Origin: Gemmatimonas sp.
GTDB taxonomy: Bacteria; Gemmatimonadota; Gemmatimonadetes; Gemmatimonadales; Gemmatimonadaceae
DNA length: 64,000 nucleotides
Direction: 5' to 3' (one strand)
Assembly: GCF_051059595.1 (NCBI RefSeq)
Contig: NZ_CP050872.1
The notes under the pieces are model-generated. The model searched no databases, was not told where the DNA came from, and saw nothing but the letters and a program-made list of their open reading frames with translations. Below, piece after piece: positions 58,447 to 64,000 of this stretch (the stretch's first letter is position 1; every line of letters starts with the position of its first letter). A program made the translations under genes and the position numbers.

Positions 58447-59324
58447 CGCGACTGCTCCCGCCACCGGACGAGTCGCAACTCACGATCCTGAATGGCATAG
58501 ACCGCCTGAATTTCCTGCGTGACCGCCGAGCCAACTTGCCACCCGCGGGCGACAATGAGCACGCGCGTCGGTCGGTCCACCAAGGAACCGGTCGCGGCGG
58601 CGCGCACCGCGGGCGATGCACGACGGCGATCGATGCGGCCGTCGCCGTCGACCGTAAGTGCTTCGGCCACAGCGCCCAGCCAAGGCGCGTCGGCGCCGAC
58701 CAGGGCTTCGACCTCATCGAGCGAATCGAAGGGGCGCATGGCCCGCGGCGTGGCGGACTGGCCAAGCAGGGCGGCAAAGAGCGAGTCCCGACGCACGAGG
58801 GAGTCGCGAACGCGTGCCGGAGTGTCCGTGCCGCGCACGTAGGCATCCAGACGTGCCGCAATGCGCGCCGCTTCTTCGCGCGGCGCCACGGTGCGGAACA
58901 GTGACGTCAACCCTTCCACGCCGGCGCTGTTCACGTCGAGTCGCGCACTCACGTTGACGAGCGCGGCGGCAAACGCACCATCGCCCACGCTGTCGGCGAC
59001 GAACGGCGTGCGGATCGTCGGATCGAATAAGGCGTCGTACACGGAGTCGAGCGCACTCGTGTCGGCCGGCGCCGCGCCCGGTTGCGGCGCGCCCAGTTGT
59101 GTCTCGATGGCCACGCGTGCGGCGAGCACCGCGCTCTCGGCCATGGCCCGGGCAACCATCGTGGCGCGGCTGTTCGCGGTAAGGCTCGCCGAGTTACGCG
59201 CGGCCCGGCCGACCACCGCCGTGAGGCTCACCAAGACCGCGATCGTCATGAGCGCGGTGAGCAGCGCCACGCCTCGCCGGGCCCGCGGAAGGCGCCGACT
59301 GGCGCGCGACATGGGCGTCGTCAT
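58443..59324 (-). CDS. gspK: Type II secretion system minor pseudopilin K
   Basis: RG|VALLTAL; ARLDVN; PFDSLDE. Confidence 0.8.
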   Translation of the reverse strand: MTTPMSRASRRLPRARRGVALLTALMTIAVLVSLTAVVGRAARNSASLTANSRATMVARAMAESAVLAARVAIETQLGAPQPGAAPADTSALDSVYDALFDPTIRTPFVADSVGDGAFAAALVNVSARLDVNSAGVEGLTSLFRTVAPREEAARIAARLDAYVRGTDTPARVRDSLVRRDSLFAALLGQSATPRAMRPFDSLDEVEALVGADAPWLGAVAEALTVDGDGRIDRRRASPAVRAAATGSLVDRPTRVLIVARGWQVGSAVTQEIQAVYAIQDRELRLVRWREQSR

Positions 59325-59935
59325 GGCACGACCTGACCCGCGCCAAGCGGATCGAGGACCGTCACGAGGGGCGTCGCGGTTTCGGTGGCACGCTGCCAGC
59401 GAAGCGCGATGGCGGCCGGCCGGGTCTGCGCCAACGGCCAATCCGATCGCCACTGCGCCAGGTCGCCGGCACGCGCGACCTCGAGCACGTCCACGTCGAG
59501 CGTGCGAACGCCGGGGAGCTGCATGGTGATGGGGATGCCGCGGGCGCCGCCAGCAACCGGTGCCGCGTCGAGTCGCAGTCCGTTGCTGTCGATCATGAGC
59601 GTGGCGCGCCACACAGGGCCCGTACCAAGCGGGAGCTGCACGCCGGTGGTGAGGAACGTGAGGATGCTGCCCGTCTCGTTGCGCTGCAATTGCAGCAGGG
59701 GCTCACTGGTTCGGTCGGCGGCCGGTGCATGGCGCAGCATGTCGGTCAACACCGCGCGCAGGCGGGCCTCGGCTTCCCCGTCGGCTCTGTGGGCATCGAC
59801 CCGTTCGCCGGTACGGCGCGCCGCCACGATGCTCGCCCCCGCGACGCTGGCAGCGATGGCTGTCAGCGTCAGGGCGAGCATGAGCTCGAGCAGCGTGAAC
59901 CCGCGACGAACGCGCACCAGTTGAGCGGCGGTCAT
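59321..59935 (-). CDS. gspJ: Type II secretion system minor pseudopilin J
   Basis: RRG|FTLLELMLAL prepilin motif. Confidence 0.82.
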   Translation of the reverse strand: MTAAQLVRVRRGFTLLELMLALTLTAIAASVAGASIVAARRTGERVDAHRADGEAEARLRAVLTDMLRHAPAADRTSEPLLQLQRNETGSILTFLTTGVQLPLGTGPVWRATLMIDSNGLRLDAAPVAGGARGIPITMQLPGVRTLDVDVLEVARAGDLAQWRSDWPLAQTRPAAIALRWQRATETATPLVTVLDPLGAGQVVP

Positions 59936-60246
59936 CAGCGCACGCGCAGCGGCGCGCGTTCCACGAGACGCGCGAGTTGCACGCGTTCGCCGGCGGTTCC
60001 TGTCACGGTGATCTGCACCATGTCGAGACGATTGCCGGCGCCATAAGGAACGCGCTGCATCGATACGCCGTCACCGACAGGAAGTCCGAGCACGGCGCGG
60101 GACATTTCACTTTCGGCGCGCATGGTGGTCGCGCTGATCTCTTCGGCGCGACGCTGCAACCGCGCGGCGCCCCGCGTACCCTCGAGGCACCCGATCGCGA
60201 CGACGGAGAGGATGACGGTGGCGAGGAGCGCTTCAAGAAGGCTCAT
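59935..60246 (-). CDS. gspI: Type II secretion system minor pseudopilin I (no leader peptide)
   Basis: MSLLEALLA (Glu at position 5) hydrophobic helix; size and position between H and J. Confidence 0.72.
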   Translation of the reverse strand: MSLLEALLATVILSVVAIGCLEGTRGAARLQRRAEEISATTMRAESEMSRAVLGLPVGDGVSMQRVPYGAGNRLDMVQITVTGTAGERVQLARLVERAPLRVR

Positions 60247-60698
60247 GAGCGCGGGCCCGGTTCAGTCACCCAACGACACTTCCCGGCATCAAAGGCCGCC
60301 CGAAGCTCCTCCCGGGGAATCCATCCGGCCGATGGACGGCAAATGCCGCGGGCATCGACGGACAGATCCAGAGGCGCCGGAGGAGCGGTCATCGTGCCCG
60401 CCGCGATCGGCTCCGGGAGATCGGGGGCGGAGACACTCCACAACCCGTCGTCGTACACCCGCAACCGCATCGTCTGCTGGCGCTGGACCGCCAGCCGGCG
60501 TGCACTATCCACGACGGCGGTCATGTCGCCGGCGGATTGCGCACGCTGGGTACCGGAACGGCTCACCTGTCGCGAAAGCAGCAAGGCGCCCGCGATGGCG
60601 ATGATCGCGAGGACGACCACCACTTCCATCAGCGTGAGACCGGCCCGCGGGCGACGCGGTGAGTGCGAGGGAGTCAATGGGCAAGACACATGGGACAA
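60243..60698 (-). CDS. gspH: Type II secretion system minor pseudopilin H
   Basis: RAG|LTLMEVVVVLAI; ARRLAV. Confidence 0.75.
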   Translation of the reverse strand: MSHVSCPLTPSHSPRRPRAGLTLMEVVVVLAIIAIAGALLLSRQVSRSGTQRAQSAGDMTAVVDSARRLAVQRQQTMRLRVYDDGLWSVSAPDLPEPIAAGTMTAPPAPLDLSVDARGICRPSAGWIPREELRAAFDAGKCRWVTEPGPRS

Positions 60699-60761
60699 TC
60701 TCGGTCCATGGCCGGGGATGTCAACAAAGGCGCATCACATCCCCGGCAACCCGCTCGCCGG

Positions 60762-61520
60762 TTACTTCTTGATCAGCGGGGCGATCGCGGCCGGCACCGT
60801 TACCGTCACCGCGGCGTTCGGCTCCACGCTCTTGATCGTCATGATCATGGTCTGCGGGCCCATGGTGGACTGCGCCTTGGTGGCGAACTTCACGCCGCCG
60901 AACTCCTTGTAATCCGAGAGCAGGGTCGTGGACTCGATCGTGCCCATTTCCGTGGTGGTACTGCTCTCTGTCCCGATTTCGAGCCCCGAGGCGATCGAGA
61001 AATAGCGGGTCGTGATCGTGCCCGACCCCTTGCGCACGAACTTCAGCTTCCACGTCTTCTCGCCACCGAAATCCGCAGCGCCTTCATTCGTGATTGAGGA
61101 AAAGCTCTCGGCGGGGAAGAGCATACCGGCGTAGAAGTCGGCCTGCTCGATCGCCTGCTCCTTCTCCTTGCCGTCGAGCACGCGCGGGCCCTGCATGGGG
61201 TTCATCGACCACGCGTTCTGGCCGTCGGTCCCGGAGATCATGTCACCGATACCGGGCAACGTGGCCTTCGTGGTCATCTTGTTGGGCGCCTGCACCTGCA
61301 CTTCGACTTCGGCGGTGAGGCCAGCCGACGGCAGCTCCATATTCGCGATCTGCTTATATGACGTCACCTTGCGGACGGCGTCCTTGCCTCCGATGGCGGC
61401 GACGTGCTTGGCAATGACGTCGGCTGCCGACGGAACCGCCTGCGCGACTGCGGACTGGGCCGACAGCAACAAGGCAGCGGACGCCATGAGGGCAGTGCGT
61501 ACAGACTTCGATACGAACAT
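60762..61520 (-). CDS. Secreted hypothetical protein (outer-membrane lipoprotein-sorting/LolA-like fold suspected)
   Basis: Signal peptide AVAQ; ADVIAKHVAAIGG; beta-rich; DYKEFGGVKF. Confidence 0.75.
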   Translation of the reverse strand: MFVSKSVRTALMASAALLLSAQSAVAQAVPSAADVIAKHVAAIGGKDAVRKVTSYKQIANMELPSAGLTAEVEVQVQAPNKMTTKATLPGIGDMISGTDGQNAWSMNPMQGPRVLDGKEKEQAIEQADFYAGMLFPAESFSSITNEGAADFGGEKTWKLKFVRKGSGTITTRYFSIASGLEIGTESSTTTEMGTIESTTLLSDYKEFGGVKFATKAQSTMGPQTMIMTIKSVEPNAAVTVTVPAAIAPLIKK

Positions 61521-61548
61521 GTGAAGCATCTCCCGGTGTGAGGACACG

Positions 61549-63003
61549 TCAGGGGGTGATTGGGCGCACGGCGCGACGGGCGGCCCAGCGAATCGCCGCG
61601 TCGAGCGCGGGATCCTGTCCGTCCAGTAACGCGCGACGGAGCAGTGGGGTCACGACATCGGGGATGACCCCGTCCCCTTCAACCGGCTTGCCGGTGGGGC
61701 CGAGGAAGTCCGCGATGGCGTGGTAGAGGATGTCGCCGTTCGGGAGCCGCTCGGGGACCGAGGGGAGCGCCTGTCCGGCTGATTGGGTACCAAACACCGT
61801 GGCCCGCTGTATGGTCTGCAGTCCGCCGGCAAAGATTTCGGTGGTGCTGGCCGACAGCGGGTCGACGACGAGCGCGAGCGGGCCGGCAAACGGCTGGACC
61901 GGGCGATTCTGGGTATCGCCGCGGCGGGGGTTCGCGAGAAACTTCATGGTGCCGCTGCGCTGGTGCATGGCCCCGAGCGCATACGTGCTGTCGAGGAAAT
62001 GACCGGCGAAGCCCATGGACATACCGCCCACGCCGCCGAGGTTGCCACGGACGTCCAGAATGATGGCGTCGGCGCTGCGCAGCGAATCCACGGCGGCGTC
62101 GAAGCGCGCGGCGAGCACCGGCATCCAGATGTTGAAGCGGATGATGCCAATGGTGCGCCCGTCACGCCGGACGCGCTCCCAGGTGAGATGGGCTTCGGTG
62201 GGCGGGAGGTTGCCGAACTTGACCACCGTCCCCTGAACAGGGCCGTAAACCAGCGACAAGGCCCGGTCGCGATTGCCCGCGTCGCGGAAGCCGACCAGCA
62301 CGGTATCCCGTTCGCGTCCGCCAAGGGCGCGGGAGGCGATCTGATACGCCATGAACGCGCGTCGGCGTGGTTCGAGCGACTCCGGCAGGCGCGCCACCCT
62401 GGCGTCGATGGGGCACCCGCGCACTGCCGATACGATCCACCCCGTGCGGACTCCCGCCTGCCACGCCGGCCCGCCGGTGTCGACCGCAGACACGACGATC
62501 TGCCCTTCGACCAGCCGGACGTCGAAGCCGAGCGCTCCCGAGGCGGCGCCTGACGACTCGCGCCGATCGGGGCTTTCGGCCGCGTCCGAGACCTCCTGCG
62601 GAATGATCGAGAAATGCGATTGCCGCAGGCGGCTTACCATATCGGAGAGCACCTCCCGCAGTTCGCCCCGGGTCTTGGCGGCGGCGGCCCGCGGACGGAG
62701 TTCGTCGCGTACCGCGCCCCAGTTCACGCCGTTGTACGTCGTGTCCCAGTGCGTGCGCGCAATGATGCTCCAGGCGGTATCGAAGGTGACGAGCGGGTCG
62801 GTGGCCGGCGCCGACGCCAGCGAGGCGGTGGGGGCGGCTGGGGCGCCGCACGAGGCCGGGACCGCCGCCGTGACCACCCCTCCAGATATTTGGGCCGGGC
62901 CGCGGGACGCACAGGCCGTCACGCTGAACATCATGAACAGCGCCGCCACGGGGCGGGCCGCCGGCAGAGATCGGGCGGTCGGAAAAGCCATCGGGAAAGG
63001 CAT
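61549..63003 (-). CDS. S41 family peptidase lipoprotein (PDZ + C-terminal-processing type)
   Basis: Lipobox VTAC; FDTAW...C1-like helix; ILDVRGNLGG, SASTTEIF, VEGDGVIPD. Confidence 0.88.
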   Translation of the reverse strand: MPFPMAFPTARSLPAARPVAALFMMFSVTACASRGPAQISGGVVTAAVPASCGAPAAPTASLASAPATDPLVTFDTAWSIIARTHWDTTYNGVNWGAVRDELRPRAAAAKTRGELREVLSDMVSRLRQSHFSIIPQEVSDAAESPDRRESSGAASGALGFDVRLVEGQIVVSAVDTGGPAWQAGVRTGWIVSAVRGCPIDARVARLPESLEPRRRAFMAYQIASRALGGRERDTVLVGFRDAGNRDRALSLVYGPVQGTVVKFGNLPPTEAHLTWERVRRDGRTIGIIRFNIWMPVLAARFDAAVDSLRSADAIILDVRGNLGGVGGMSMGFAGHFLDSTYALGAMHQRSGTMKFLANPRRGDTQNRPVQPFAGPLALVVDPLSASTTEIFAGGLQTIQRATVFGTQSAGQALPSVPERLPNGDILYHAIADFLGPTGKPVEGDGVIPDVVTPLLRRALLDGQDPALDAAIRWAARRAVRPITP

Positions 63004-63167
63004 AGAGGCGAGGGGGCCGTGCGACGAAGGATAGATTAATGGGGACTAACGTTGTCGGGAACGCCCGACGTTTTCAGAAACAAATTGCCACTGCTCTCCC
63101 CGCGGTCGTGTGCAGCACATTACCATGCACTGCTATACCACACTTCCACGTGTTTTCTCCGGATCCC

Positions 63168-64000
63168 ATGTCCGCTCGTCTGCACGCGCTTCACGCTGCC
63201 GGTCAGTCCCTCTGGCTGGACTATATCGATCGCACCATGCTCTCCAATGGAGACCTGGCGCGCCGCATCGCCGAGGATGCCCTCACGGGCATGACCTCGA
63301 ATCCGACCATTTTCGAAAAGGCGCTGGCAGAAGGAGCGGCCTACGACGCACAGCTGGCCACGATCGATCCGGCGCTGTCCGATCGCGAGGCCTTTTTCAC
63401 GGTGGCGGCGACCGACGTGCGCAACGCGTGCGACGCGTTCCGCGGCGTCTACGACCGCACACAGGGAGTAGACGGCTACGTCTCGCTCGAAGTTTCGCCT
63501 GACCTCGCGAAGGACGCCGCTGGTACGGTAGCGGAAGCGCGTCGCCTCTGGGCGATCGTCGACCGCCCGAATCTCATGATCAAGGTGCCGGGCACCGTCG
63601 AGGGCGCTGCGGCCATTCGCGAGCTCATCGCCGACGGCATCAACATCAACGTCACGTTGCTCTTTGCCGTCGACGCGCACGCTCGGGTCATCGAAGCGTA
63701 TATCGCCGGCCTCGAACAGCGCGCCGCCGCCGGCCTGCCCATCGATCGCATCAGCTCGGTGGCGAGCTTCTTCGTCAGCCGCGTCGATTCCGCCATCGAC
63801 AAGCAGCTCGCCGGGCTCGCCGCCGCGACGCCAGCGCACGCCGACCTGTTGCTCGGATTGCAGGGCAAGGCGGCCATCGCCAACGCCAAGCTCGCATATC
63901 GCCTGTTCACGGCGTCGTTCTCCGGTCCGCGCTGGGCTGCGCTCGCCGCGCACGGTGCGCGCGTCCAGCGTCCGCTCTGGGCGTCCACGAGCACCAAGAA
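63168..64000 (+). CDS. tal: Transaldolase (runs off the 3' end of the window)
   Basis: My translation from ATG 63168: GQSLWLDYIDR, GMTSNPTIFEKA, GYVSLEVSP, NLMIKVPGT, NVTLLF, SVASFFVSRVD, RPLWASTSTK. Confidence 0.95.
   Translation, partial: MSARLHALHAAGQSLWLDYIDRTMLSNGDLARRIAEDALTGMTSNPTIFEKALAEGAAYDAQLATIDPALSDREAFFTVAATDVRNACDAFRGVYDRTQGVDGYVSLEVSPDLAKDAAGTVAEARRLWAIVDRPNLMIKVPGTVEGAAAIRELIADGININVTLLFAVDAHARVIEAYIAGLEQRAAAGLPIDRISSVASFFVSRVDSAIDKQLAGLAAATPAHADLLLGLQGKAAIANAKLAYRLFTASFSGPRWAALAAHGARVQRPLWASTSTK

Noticed and set aside
51601-60698. Type IV pilus or Tad interpretation of the gsp cluster
   Set aside because: No PilT or PilM/Tad components; a GspK-like pseudopilin, GspE-type ATPase and xps-like order fit T2SS better.

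Overview
High-GC bacterial chromosomal window (about 67% GC in a spot count), probably from a Gemmatimonas-like member of the Gemmatimonadota (inferred from gene content, not tested). From left to right: (1) a SusC/SusD-type TonB-dependent transporter pair; (2) three paralogous uncharacterised lipoprotein genes interleaved with a small membrane protein and an ABC ATPase; (3) a peptidase-rich block (two S9, M28, S41, a beta-propeller/tricorn-C1/GGT fusion, a HEAT-cyclophilin); (4) a dispersed glycoside 3-oxidation/elimination pathway (GMC oxidoreductase, gluconate-2-DH subunit-3-like partner, TIM-barrel isomerase/lyase, Gfo/Idh/MocA, DUF1080, MFS permease, CutC, GH20); (5) a second SusC/SusD pair with DUF4397; (6) a low-GC two-gene insert encoding an AAA_21-type ABC ATPase and a DUF4276/TOPRIM-like protein, the best candidate for an uncharacterised defence system; (7) three copies of a 300-470 bp composite palindromic intergenic repeat built from GTCGGGG/CCCCGAC modules and (GGGGTC)n tracts; (8) a 14-blade propeller lipoprotein; (9) a Tat-dependent DUF1800/DUF1501 pair; (10) a type II secretion cluster without gspG; (11) an S41 peptidase and a transaldolase cut by the window end. 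About 11 apparent single-base insertions break four genes and are probably sequencing errors. No rRNA, tRNA, CRISPR array, integrase or transposase was recognised. All family calls are from motif recognition by eye, not database searches.
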